Assembly: GCA_964016885.1 (NCBI GenBank)
Contig: OZ024742.1
Location: 221,402,001-221,466,000, forward strand
Length of the DNA stretch: 64,000 nucleotides
Direction of reading: 5' to 3'
DNA from: Eledone cirrhosa
Lineage: Eukaryota
A program made the translations under genes and the position numbers. A model generated the notes under the pieces. That model did not search any database. It saw only the letters and a list, made by a program, of their open reading frames with translations, and was not told the DNA's origin. Positions within the stretch are counted from its first letter, which is position 1; each line of letters opens with the position of its first letter. Shown one piece after another: positions 52,165 through 64,000 of this stretch.

Positions 52165-52226
52165 TATTCTATTATATATATTTCAAGGGTACCAACAATT
52201 TTGGTACGCTATCATCAGATAAAATA
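52165..52226 (-). ncRNA. Type I hammerhead in a pLTR fragment
   Basis: Same family as 43768-43828, with an intact core. Confidence 0.75.
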
Positions 52227-52376
52227 CAAAATGTTTTATAAATATTTGACATGACCAAGGATAATATACCTTAACGGTTCAAGTTATCCCTGGAAAGTCG
52301 AGTGCTCTGAATCAGTTATAAACATCTATGTTGGATTTCCAACAAATTAAATATCTCCTCTATATATATATATATT

Positions 52377-52530
52377 ATCATCATCATCATCGTTTAACGT
52401 CTATCTTCTACGCTAGCATGGGTTAGATGGGAATTGTCCCATTTGAGGTAAGATTGGTCGGGTGACCGTGTCTCACTCGTATAGGACTATCTGGCAGGTT
52501 TTCTACGGTTGGATGCCCTCCCTAACACCA
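52377..52530 (-). mobile_element. RTE 3' terminal fragment
   Basis: (ATC)n plus the reverse complement of the RTE tail. Confidence 0.75.
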
Positions 52531-52993
52531 ATATATATATATATATTTATCCTATTTTTCCTTGGTTGCTTACTTGCATGTTCCATTGTCCTGTCCCCCC
52601 ACGATGGGATCTGTTCACCTGTTTTTTCTCTCTTTTTTCTCTTTCTTCCTCTCTCCTCACCACCTTTCCCCCTTTGTTTCTTCTTCCTCTTTTCCTTCTT
52701 TTTCCTTCCCTATTTTATTTTTCTTTCTCTTTTTTTCTCTTCTTTTCCTCCTGGCCTTTTGATTAAGAAAAGGCCTTGGGCACACCGCTGATTGCCTATA
52801 GATGTCCTGTAAATAAGCGCCGAAACATCTTGATTGCGGATTACAGCTGATGAACGATTCTCTTCTTTTCTTCTCGTTTCTTCCATACCTCCCTCCTAAA
52901 CCTTGTTTATAGTAACCACACAGCTCCTTTCATTTCTTATCCTTATATATATATATATAATTATAATTATATATATATAATTATATGTATATA

Positions 52994-54520
52994 TCTAAAC
53001 TATAATAAAGTAAGGATTGCGGGACTGCGTCCAGAATATACATTTTTATCCTGCTTGTAAAATAAGTTGGATTACTTTGAATAAATAATTGTTTCTACTT
53101 TAGGCACAAGGCCAGCAAATACCCAGTGCATTACTGGTACTTTATTTTATCGACCCCGTAAGGATGAAAGGCAAAGTCAACCTCGGCGGGATTTGAACTC
53201 AGATCGTAAAGGGACGTAACTATGCTGGAAAGCATGGCGTCCGACTCATGAATATTACATAACTTATCTACCCAATTTCGTAAACAAAAATAATTTCGTA
53301 AAAATAAATAATTTCAAATTGACTTCTTTTCGGCACCACCACCACTTCGTCGGCACTACCGCCACCAACACTTCAATCTAAACTATAATAATATATATAG
53401 AGAGAGTTTATGATGAGAGAGATTATACACATACTTTCACACATACTTTCACACAAATATACATACATTCACACATACTTTCACACAAATATACATACAT
53501 TCACACATACTTTCACACAAACATACATACATTCACACAAGCATACATACTTTCACACAAATATACATACTTTCACACAAACATACATACATTCACACAT
53601 ATACTTTCACACAAACATACATACATTCACACATATACATTTACACAAACACACACATACAGTCATGATAGCGTTCGGTTTAATTGGAGATGGGAGGGTA
53701 TACTTTCACACAAATATACATACATTCACACAAATATACATACATTCACAAACATACATACATTCACACATACATTTACACAAACATACATACATTCACA
53801 CATACATTTACACAAACACACACATACAGTCATGATAGCGCTCGGTTTAATTGGAAATGGGAGGGTAAAACAAGTATAACATTTTATTTATTTATTAACT
53901 CTTTTTTTAAAAAACTCATTTAATGTAATGGTTACAGAACGAAAACACTAACAAATATAATCTAAACTATAATAAAGTAAGGAGTCCAGGACTGCATCTA
54001 AAATATAATTTGTTATCCTGTTTGTAAAATAAGTTGCATTACTTTCAATAAATAATTGTTTCTACTTTTGGCACAAGGCCAGCAATTACCCAGTGTATTA
54101 CTGGTACTTTATTTTATCGACCCCCGTAAGGATGAAAGGCAAAGTTAACCTCGGCGGGATTTGAACTCAGAACGTAAAGGGACGTAACTATGCTAGAAAG
54201 CATGGCGTCCAACCCTCTACTGATACTGCCAATTCACTGCCCTTTCACCGTTTCAATAAATAATTCTTTCTACGTTAGGCACAAGGCCAGCAAATACCCA
54301 GTGTATTACTGGTACTTTATTTTATCGACCCCGTAAGGATGAAAGGCAAAGTTAACCTCGGCGGGATTTGAACTCAGATCGTAAAGGGACGTAACTATGC
54401 TGGAAAGCATGGCGTCCGACCCTCTACTGATACTGCCAATCCACCGCACCGTTTCAATAAATAATGAATGAATATTACATAATTTATCTACTAAAATTCG
54501 TAACACATGATTAAACGTAT
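52994..54520 (+). repeat. Duplicated putative Helitron 5' region with Meta-type SINEs and CA-rich repeats
   Basis: tctaaactataata at ~52994, ~53378 and ~53961. Minus-strand SINEs at ~53090-53245, ~54056-54240 and ~54266-54445. Confidence 0.6.
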
Positions 54521-54946
54521 ATTTCAATACTTCCAGTATATATTTTAGAGAGAGAGAGTGAAAGAGAAAGATGAAGTGATTATTTATTTTTTTGTTTTAA
54601 CATATATTTATTTCTAAGATTTCACCGTAGAGATAACATATATTTATACATACATGACAGAGAGTGAATATGGGACGCAGAAAACATTTCTCATCTAAAT
54701 CCCAATGCATGGCAGCAGACGCACAATGACAAAGAGAGAAGAGGGCAAATCAATCAAACAATAATCGCTCTACAACATCCCAACAAATTTCTACAAATAT
54801 AATTCAGTTAACACACCAACAACAACTTGCAACAAATACACCAAACGTTCAGAGAGGAAGGAACAGGTCAATTGAAAGTCTGGCAAAGAATCCTACAGAT
54901 GAACCTTTCCAAGAGCAAACTGTTCTTTCCATAATGCCACAACATA

Positions 54947-57900
54947 ATGCAGGGAGCCTCTGTTAGTCCGCACTGCAAAGCTTATTGCTGGCCGCATGAA
55001 CCCAAATCTCTGTGCTGCTTCCAGGGAAAAGTGAAACTCCCTCAACTTCCTCCTCCTCCACCAAATATACTGAAATATTTCACTATCACTCAAGCAGGAA
55101 ATTCTTTTCTCCATAAGATACAGGCATATAACAATGTGCTTGCCTTAGCTTCAATTGGTTGCAAAGAGATTAAAGCACCAGGATTTAGTTCCACATTTAA
55201 GATCCAAGGTAAGATTTGTCATATTATTGGATCACTACTTCCAAGTGATGCTTCACCCAAGTTTGTGCAGCTTTACTTCTATGATACAGATCATGAGCTT
55301 CAGAATTGCTTGCATCATGCTAATTTAGATGCTGCTGTCCTGCAGGACCTGCAAGAAGACTTGCACTACTGCAACACCTATATAAGAAGCTTCAAGGCAG
55401 TAATTGAAATGTCAGTCTCTGAAAATGTGAATATTGTCCTACATGCTGACAAAGTAAAACCCACTGATTTTCATTGTCGCACATATAATCTTCCCATGGC
55501 ATCTGAGATTGCTGTTATTCAACCTGTTACAGCATTAGGTCTTTTGGATGTCATCATTCATAAAAGAGATGGTGCTCTTCAGAGGATTCATCAGTTGCAC
55601 TGTTCTTATGATCCTCTGCATTATGTGCTACTGTTTCCTTGGGGGGATGATGGGTTTCAGGTTGGTTTGAAAAGGATTGACAACAACCACACACTCACAC
55701 CCACTTGTTTCTACTGTTATCGGTTTCAGGTTAGGCCAGGTGACTATAACATTATCATGAAGAGCAGGCGGCTGATGCAGCAATATGCTGTAGATGCCCA
55801 GGCAAAAATAGAACATTGTCGCCTCAAATGGGCCCGCAACAATCAAACCATGATACGAGCTGAAAAGTATGAGGGTTTGTATGATGCTGCGGCTGAAGGA
55901 GATTCAGTAAATGCAGGCCGGAGAATTGTTCTTCCTCCTTCAATCTATGGTTCACTCCGCTACTACAGTGAGTGCTTTCAGAATTCGATGACTGTGGTTT
56001 GACACATGGGAAAGCCATCTTATTTCATCACGGTAACAACTAACCCTAACTGGGATGAAATAAAAAATAGTTTGCATCCTGGTGAAGAACCTAGATACTG
56101 TCCTGATATTTGTGCAAGAGTTTTCAAGATCAAGTATGACAGCATCATGGATGACATACTGAAAAGAAATGTCCTAGGAAAAGTTGTGGCTCATTCTGCT
56201 ACAATAGAGTGGCAGAAACGAGGCCTCACTCATGCTCACATTCTGCTGATAATGGCTGAAAATAGGAAACACAAAACTGCTGATGCCATTGATCAGGTAG
56301 TGTACTGTGAGATTCCTGATAAAGAGACCAATCCAATTCTGCATAAGATCATCACATCCTGCAACATTCATGGCCCATGTGGACAAGCTAATATGATGTG
56401 CCAATGTATGGAAGGGCTAGGACAAGAACGCCATTGCTCAAAAAGTTATCCCAAGTCATTCAGACAAACCACATTTGTTGCCGAAAATTCCTTTCTGGAG
56501 TATAGAAGAAGGGATAGACAGCATGGTGGTCACACCCATACAATCCAACTTAAAGGTAAAGAAATTACTGTTGATAATCGTTGGATTGTTCCATACAACC
56601 CTTTCCTCTCATTGAGATATCAGTGCCACATCAATTGTGAGGTTGTCCACAGTTTCAAGGCTGTTAAGTACTTATATAAGTACATCACGAAAGGATCAGA
56701 CAAGATCACTTTCACTATTAAGGATGATCAAGGAAATTGTGTCCATGCCCAAAATGAGATTGAAACCTATATCAATGCATGGTACATCTCAGCCAGTGAA
56801 GCATTCTGGAGAATCTATAAATTTCCATTACATCATCGAAAACCGCCAGTTGAAAAGTTGCCTTGCCATTTACCTGGGGAACAAATGGTTGTGTATGAGC
56901 GAGGGCAGGAAGAAAGTGTCATTTCTAGGGGACAGCCAATGACTAACTTGACGGAATATTTTCAACTGAATAGAGATCTACTGGCACAAAACATATTGTA
57001 TATTGATATTCCTAAATATTTCACTTGGACAAACAAAAAATGGCAAAGAAGAAAAAAGGGACATCTGGATGATGATCAACAATTTATGAGTGAATCTCTT
57101 GGACGCATTCCAACAGTATCTCTCAGTAGACATAAATCTGAATTATATTACCTCAGAATGATCCTACATCACAAGGCTGGGTCAACTTCATACAAAGAAT
57201 TGAGGACAATTGCAAGAGTTGAATTTTCAACATTCCAAGAAGCATGCAGGAAACTTGGTCTGTTAGATGAAGATGTAGCAAAAGACAAAGCTATGGAAGA
57301 GGTCTCATCCATTACGCTTGGTTCTCAGCTGCGAGAGATCTTCTGCACCATTTTATTGTACAGCATGCCAAATGACCCTCTGCAGTTCTGGGAGAAATGG
57401 AAGAATTGTCTTGCAGAGGATATCATGCATGAATGTCGTGAGCAAGTCATGTCCATGCAAACTGTGCACAACTATGGACTTCCTCGGCCAGATCCAACTA
57501 TTGTTGCCATACCAGAAATCAACAGGGTTCTTATGACAGAAACTGATTTCAATACACACCAACTGCAAGCAAACATAAATGAACTTCTGCCAACATTGAA
57601 TCCTGAGCAACTGGTTATTTTTCACAGAGTAATCACCTCTGTAAATGAAAATGAAGGCAGAATTTTCTGCTTGAATGCAAGTGCAGGTACAGGAAAGACC
57701 TATGTCATAAACATCCTATTGGATTACCTCCGATCTAAAACATAAATTGCACTTGCCACTACCATATCTGGAATAGCAGCCACTTTGCTTCACAAAGGTA
57801 GAACTCTTCATTCCAAGTGACTGCTGAATCAACTTGCTTCTTCACAAAGAGGGATGACACAGGCAAACTTATGCAGCAAGCTGACCTGCTAATCATTGAT

Positions 57901-58248
57901 GAAATAGGTATGGGACATAAGCATATCTTTGAATGTCTTGACAGGAGCTTAAAAGATGTTCGAAATTGCAAAAAGCCATTTGGTAGTCTAACAGTATTAC
58001 TATCTGGTGACTGGAAGCAAATTCTTCCAGTTGTACGTCATGGTGCTAGACCACAAATAGTTGAGGCAACCATCAAGAGATCCTATCTCTGGGACTATGT
58101 GGAAACCATGGAGATGACAACCAATCAACGGTTAATTAATACAGAGGATTCTGATGAAAGACAGTTTGCAAACTACCTTCTTGATGTGGGAAATGGTAAC
58201 ATTCCAACTGTTCCAACTGTAGGTGCATTCACAATAAAAACAAATTAA
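54947..58248 (+). pseudogene. Helitron Rep/Helicase (HUH endonuclease plus PIF1 helicase), disrupted and 3'-truncated
   Basis: YFITVTTNPNW, EWQKRGLTHAHIL, VKYLYKYITKG, ASAGTGKT, IIDEIGM and GDWKQILPVV; stops and frameshifts lie between the ORFs. Confidence 0.93.
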
Positions 58249-58295
58249 AAACAAACATATACATGAGATGTGCATATACAAATATATATACATAA

Positions 58296-58341
<46 letters not shown>

Positions 58342-58445
58342 CACATATATATACATGCATAGATACTCATACACACGTATAAAAACACACACTCATATGC
58401 ATGTGTGCATACATATATATATATATAAAATAATCATACGTACAT

Positions 58446-58783
58446 GGAGGCACATGGCTTAGTGGTTAGAGCATTGGCCTTGCAATCGAAAGGTTGTGAG
58501 TTCAATTCTCAGACCGGGTGATGTGTTGTTTTCTTGAGCAAGACACTTTATTTCACATTGCTCCAGTTTACTCAGCTAGAGATGATAGGGACTGGGGTCC
58601 ATATCATTCCACTGCAAAGTGGTCGTGCAGGTGACATGGCAAAAAAGCACCCAGCACTCACTGTAAATGAGGTTGGTGTTAGGAAGGGCATCCAGCTGTA
58701 AAAATCAAGCCAAAATCAGTTCCCGTCCCACCCTTGCAAGCAGGGAAAAAGCGGACGTAAAATGAAATGATGATGAAATGATG
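58446..58783 (+). mobile_element. tRNA-CORE SINE with an RTE-A tail
   Basis: Third copy of the 45655 family. Confidence 0.88.
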
Positions 58784-59766
58784 ACATACGCACATACACA
58801 TGCTTGCAAAAATAAATATACACATACACAACCACACACACATACGTATATAAAAACATGCATACAACCATATTACACACGCATCCACATACATACACAT
58901 AAGGGTCTACAAAAAAGAGCATAGGTCCATAACTTACGTACATACGTAAACAAATGCGGGCCCTAGGCCATAAAAAAGTTGGATTTTCTTTGCTCATGGT
59001 ATGAAGAAGAGACTGACTAATACATAATTACAATTTCAAGGAAATCGGTCTGACGTAAAACCCCCTAAAAAGCTGGAAAAAAAGCAGTTTTTCACCTAGG
59101 GGATCAAAAAGTTGAATTTTGTTATGTACATAACACTCCCTGAAATATAAGTAATACACATGTAAAGTTTGAAAAAGATCGGTTGGGTATTTCTTGGGTT
59201 TCACACACACATACATACATCCTTCCTCAGTTTTATATATATACATAGGACCCGTCCCACCCTTGCAAGCAGGGAAAAACGGACGTATAATGATGATGAT
59301 GATATTGATTAAAATAACTGATTAAAGTTTAAGCAAAGAATCGTTGCTTTCACCCTGAATGGGATCTTCTGAAACTAAAAACATCAATCTGTGAACGCAG
59401 AAGTAAATATTTTGAAAAACGTTGCAGCTGAAGGAAAACAGGAAGACGATACTTTGGTTCGTGAAGATGCTCCCTGGCAATGAATGGATAATAGCGAACA
59501 TTATACATCATCAATGTTCGTCAGAATGTCGTAATGCAGACAGCCAGGCATACAGACAGATATTATAAGAGCGCGACGGAGATGGATAACCAGCGCCTAA
59601 CACCCCTTTAACAACAGAAAATTGAAAAATAAAAGCTGCAGTTAATATCTTTAGACCGCAAGGAATATATAAATGCAAGTTTGAAGTCAATCGGAGTGGA
59701 AATGTGGATTTGTATAGACTTTGCAAAAATGAGGACACACACACACAGACAACATCAGTTTTATAT

Positions 59767-59767
<1 letters not shown>

Positions 59768-59798
<31 letters not shown>

Positions 59799-60632
59799 TT
59801 TACGTCCGCTCTTCCCTGCTTGCAAGGGTGGGACGGGTCTTATTCAGCACAGCATCTCTCCACTTGTCACGGTCCTTCATCATCTCCACTGTGAGCTTCA
59901 GCGATCTGAGGTCTGTTCTCACCACCTCCGCCCATGTTTTTCGTGGTCTACCTCTATCACGTCTTCCTTCAACTGGCATTTCCTGGCACTTCTTCCCTCA
60001 TCGGTCATCCTCCATGCGCATCACATGTCCATACCACCTCAGTCTCCTCTCCCGTACACTACATTCTATCCCTCTCAGACACAGTTTCTCTCTCAACACA
60101 TTCATGCTGGGTTGTTCACGCACATTGACACTGTACATCCAATGGAGCATGCTTGCCTCATTTCTCTCCAGCCATCGCATATCTTCTGCAGTTGCTGCCC
60201 ATGTCTCACGACCATGCAGCATCGCGCTCCTCACACAGGCATCATATAAAAGCAGTCTTTCTCATCTTTGCCTAGGCCTGCTTGGGGAGCATAGGCAGAG
60301 ATGATTGTCAGTAGTCTCCTGCCTACAACTAATCTAAGCTTAATTATTCGATTACTAACTCGAACTACCTCTATTGTCTTATTGATCCATCTCTCAGCCA
60401 GGAAAATGCCTACTCCCCCTAACCCATCTTCCTTACCTACCCAGAAAAGCTTACAGCTAAGATGTTTGCCTACGACTAGTCTCGCAGAGGCACCTCTCCA
60501 TCTCACCTCTTGCACGCAGCACACATCCACATGCCTTCTCTCCAGCATCTTTGCTATTTCAGCAGATCTACCTCTGAGAGTGCCAACATTAAGTGTTGCA
60601 ACTCTGAGATGCGACGTCTTCATATTTTGTTG

Positions 60633-60635
<3 letters not shown>
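59768..60635 (-). mobile_element. Bipartite, internally deleted RTE family A copy
   Basis: The N-terminal APE segment MKTSHL..DCFY is fused at ~60246 to the C-terminal segment and (GAT)n tail; ~2.2 kb is missing. Confidence 0.92.
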
Positions 60636-60678
<43 letters not shown>

Positions 60679-60694
60679 ATAATATATATATTAT

Positions 60695-60750
<56 letters not shown>

Positions 60751-61029
60751 AGTGTGACAAGAAGCTTGCTTCCCGACCACATATTTCCGGGTTCAGTCCC
60801 ATTTTCCAGGCTGACCAAAGCCCTGTGAGTGGATTTGATAGACCAAAACTAAAAGAAGCCCGCTGTATATATGTCTGTGTGTGTCTTTGTGTTTGTGTTT
60901 TCCCTCTCACCAATGCTTGTTGGTTTGTTGACGTCCCCATAACTTACCAAAGTGATGCTCCAGCATGGGTGTAGTCCAGAGACAGAAAAAAAGTAAAGTA
61001 TATATGTGTGTGTGCGTGTGTGTGTAGAA

Positions 61030-61434
61030 GAGGGGTCTCAAACTCAAGGTCACAAAAGGGCCATTACGTCTTGGAGGAGAGGCACAGTGAGCCAAACGTG
61101 GTGGTGGGTGAAGATTTTCACCAGTTATAATCATTTCTACTATAGGAACAAGGCATAAAATTTGGGGTTTAGGGTTCAGTCGATTAGATCGATTCTAGTA
61201 CACAACTGGTACTTAATTCATTGACTCCAAAAGGACGAAAGGCAAAGTTGAGATCGGCAGAATTTGAACTCAGAACGTAAAAACGGAAGAAGTACCATTA
61301 AGCATTTCGGCAGATGTGCTAACGATTCCACCAACTCACTGCCTTATTTTCACCAGTTATAATGCACTATGAAATATTGGTTCTACCACGAGCCACAGAA
61401 AAGTAGTTCGCGGGCCGCATGTTTGAGCCCCCTT
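61030..61434. mobile_element. hAT-like MITE interrupted by a SINE (61132-61345, minus) with an 18-bp TSD
   Basis: TIRs aggggtctcaaac / gtttgagccccct; TSD attttcaccagttataat at 61114 and 61346. Confidence 0.75.
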
Positions 61435-61679
61435 TTGGAGATAGATAGATAGATAGATAGACGTCTAACAAACACACACACACATTTCTTAAACTATCTG
61501 TCCCTCCCTCTTTCTCTCTTCATTTATATATATATATATATGGCGTTGTTATTTGGCATTGTTGAAAAAAGCAGTGGCCTTTGACCTGGCAATAAAAACT
61601 GGAGACAAAATTCTTTCTGTACCAAAACCAAGGCACACACACACACAGAAGTTTGTGTGTGTGTATGTATATGTGTGTG

Positions 61680-61711
<32 letters not shown>

Positions 61712-62542
61712 GGTGCGTGCATGTTTATGGGTGTGTGTGTGTGTGTGTGTGGTGTATCTATCTCTGTATATATATAAGGAATATAGATGTTTCTTTCTCA
61801 CTGTCACCAAGCTTCTCAATTCATTCGTTGCAACTAAGTATTTTATTTTGCAAGGTACTATTTCCCCTTAGTTTGTGATTCCAGAGAAAGCTAAGAAATT
61901 CTTCATATTTTGCATCTTTTGTATTTTGACTTTACAGTTTGAATTGTAGAATTGTCTAACTACTCAAAATATTACAACAGCTAACAGTGAAATATAGAAT
62001 TAAAAAAAAAAGAAGCTTTTTTGACTGAGATCAAGTCTTTGAGAACATTCACGTCTATTTTTCAAAAATATATAATTTGAAATAGTTTGCTTTTGTTTTG
62101 GACTGAAACTTTTTTGTATTTAATTTGTACGAGTATTTTTTAAAGATTCTAACACAACTTGATTTGGCCCAGTAATCAACTGATATCTACGGGTATCCGG
62201 CCTGATTATTTCTATGTCCCCGCACATATATACACACATGTATACATGTACATACATATATACATAGGTATATACATATTTACACATTTTTAGATGGCCG
62301 TTGACTCTTATGAATTCTTCCGCCCTTTGAGCGGTTTTGTTTTTTGTCTTGCAGGGTGTCTAAAATCACCCTCCTCACCAAGGAAACTTGGTGGGGGTCG
62401 CCAGTTTAGTTGCTGACGGCCCAACCATGCGACAGGTTTTGCTGGTTTACATGTTACCAGTAGCACTCAAGTGACCTGACACATATACACACACACACAT
62501 ATATATATACACACATACACATACATATATATAAATGTATAT

Positions 62543-64000
62543 AAAGTTGGCGTCCATCAGGGCTCTGTTCTCAGCCCCTTACTATTTATTATTGCCCTTC
62601 AGGCTATAACAGAGGAGTTCAAGACCGGCTGCCCATGGGAACTCCTATACGCAGACGACCTGACACTCATAGCGGAATCAATGGCCGAGCTAGAGAAGAA
62701 ATTCCAAACATGGAAGCACGGCCTAGAATCAAAAGGACTTAAAATTAACCTGGCTAAGACTAAAGTTCTAGTTTGTAGGAAAGAAAATAAGGCGGCGGTC
62801 CCTTCTGGGAAATGGTCGTGCTCGGTGTGTAGGAAAGGCGTAGGTAGAAACTCCATTTTATGTCCTAAATGCAAAGTATGGGTGCATAAAAGATGTAGTG
62901 GGATCACAGGCAAGCTAACTAAGAACATAGATTTTACATGTGGCCAGTGCTCTGGTGCAATAAGTAGCAGCAAGTGCCCACAAAATACTAGCTCTTTCAA
63001 TTGCGCAGAGGGTTCTATAGAAATAGTGGACAGCTTCCGTTACCTGGGTGATAAAATCAGCAGTGGGGGAGGGTGTTCTGAAAGTACAGTAGCTAGAGTC
63101 AGAACTGGTTGGAAAAAGTTCAGAGAGCTTATACCACTATTAGCTGCTAAAGGGTTCTCCCTAAAAATGAAAGGCAGGTTGTACGATGCCTGCATACGAA
63201 CAGCAATGTTGCATGGCAGTGAGACCTGGGCATTGTGTGCAGAGGATATACGCAGACTAGAGAGGAACGAAGCTTGCATGCTCCGCTGGATGTGTAACAG
63301 TAATATACGTGAACGGCAAAGCATAAACGAACTAAGGAAAAAATTAGAAATAAGAGGGATCAGATGTTGTTTACTCGAGAGAAGGCTACGTTGGTATGGA
63401 CACGTGATGCGCATGAAAGTCGATAGCTGCATAACAAAGTGCAGGGCAATAAAGATAGACGGTAGCCACGGAATAGGCAGACCTAGAAAAACCTGGGATG
63501 AGCTGATAAACTCCGACCTCACACACTTACACCTCTCCAAGACAATGTCACTGGACCGAGACCTTTGGCGGTACTCAGTAACAGAGAAGACCCGCCTTAC
63601 CTAAATACATAGTAAAACCTACTACAGCCAGTAGGCATCTCTAACAAAATACACCCCCGTCCCACCACCACCACCCCCACCCCAGCCACACCACCCCGTT
63701 CTATGTAAAGTTATGTTGGTGCCACACCATCCAGGCCGAAACAAATGAGATTGTGTAGGTGTCCCGACAAAAAAACACACAGTCCACGCTGTAATGTGGC
63801 CGTGTAGGCAACACGGTAAAAACCTCCCAGACCCACACTGTAAATGTGGTTGGTGTTAGGAAGGGCATCCAACTGTAGAAAACCTGCCAGACAGTCCTAT
63901 GCGAGCAAGACAATCACTCTTGCCTCAAGTGGGACTAGCCCCGTCCAAACCCACGCAAGCGTGGAACACGGACGTTAAACGTTGATGATGATGATGATGA
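62543..64000 (+). mobile_element. 5'-truncated RTE family B copy
   Basis: ORF 62681-63604 with PHD and an intact C-terminus; 3'UTR and (GAT)n tail. Confidence 0.94.

Noticed and set aside
52815-52860. GAAA...CTGATGA as a type II hammerhead (also ~23040-23080 on the minus strand)
   Set aside because: I could not form convincing stems.
9318-61878. Many short ORFs rich in YI/CV/HT/SL/M repeats, and ORFs antisense to LINEs
   Set aside because: These are translations of microsatellites or shadow frames of TE ORFs.
62290-62480. GC-richer structured island, possibly a LINE 5'UTR fragment
   Set aside because: Single copy in the window with no diagnostic motif; it cannot be assigned.

Overview
Repeat-dense eukaryotic DNA. 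It is most likely from a coleoid cephalopod (octopus-like), inferred from the SINE/RTE families and microsatellites; this is not proven. The only host coding sequence I can support is two consecutive minus-strand exons of WASHC5/strumpellin (42090-42174 and 10281-10381), separated by a 31.7-kb intron. The rest is intronic and packed with mobile DNA: (1) at least two RTE-clade LINE families, all carrying a C4HC3 PHD finger inside the RT ORF, including a near-identical 3877-bp tandem duplication embedded in a 49-bp minisatellite; (2) Tx1/L1-clade LINEs sitting in (TC)n/(TCTA)n microsatellites; (3) Penelope-like GIY-YIG remnants with foldback inversions and more than a dozen type I hammerhead-ribozyme motifs, including U3-A8, U4A and long-stem-II variants; (4) a decayed autonomous Helitron and non-autonomous Helitrons; (5) a DD37D (maT) mariner, MITEs and several tRNA-derived SINE families, one of which ends in the exact 3' tail of RTE family A. 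The most novel-looking items are the PHD-in-RT RTEs, the variant hammerheads, and an unidentified hammerhead-bearing element at 10.4-13.4 kb. TE boundaries are read by eye and are approximate.
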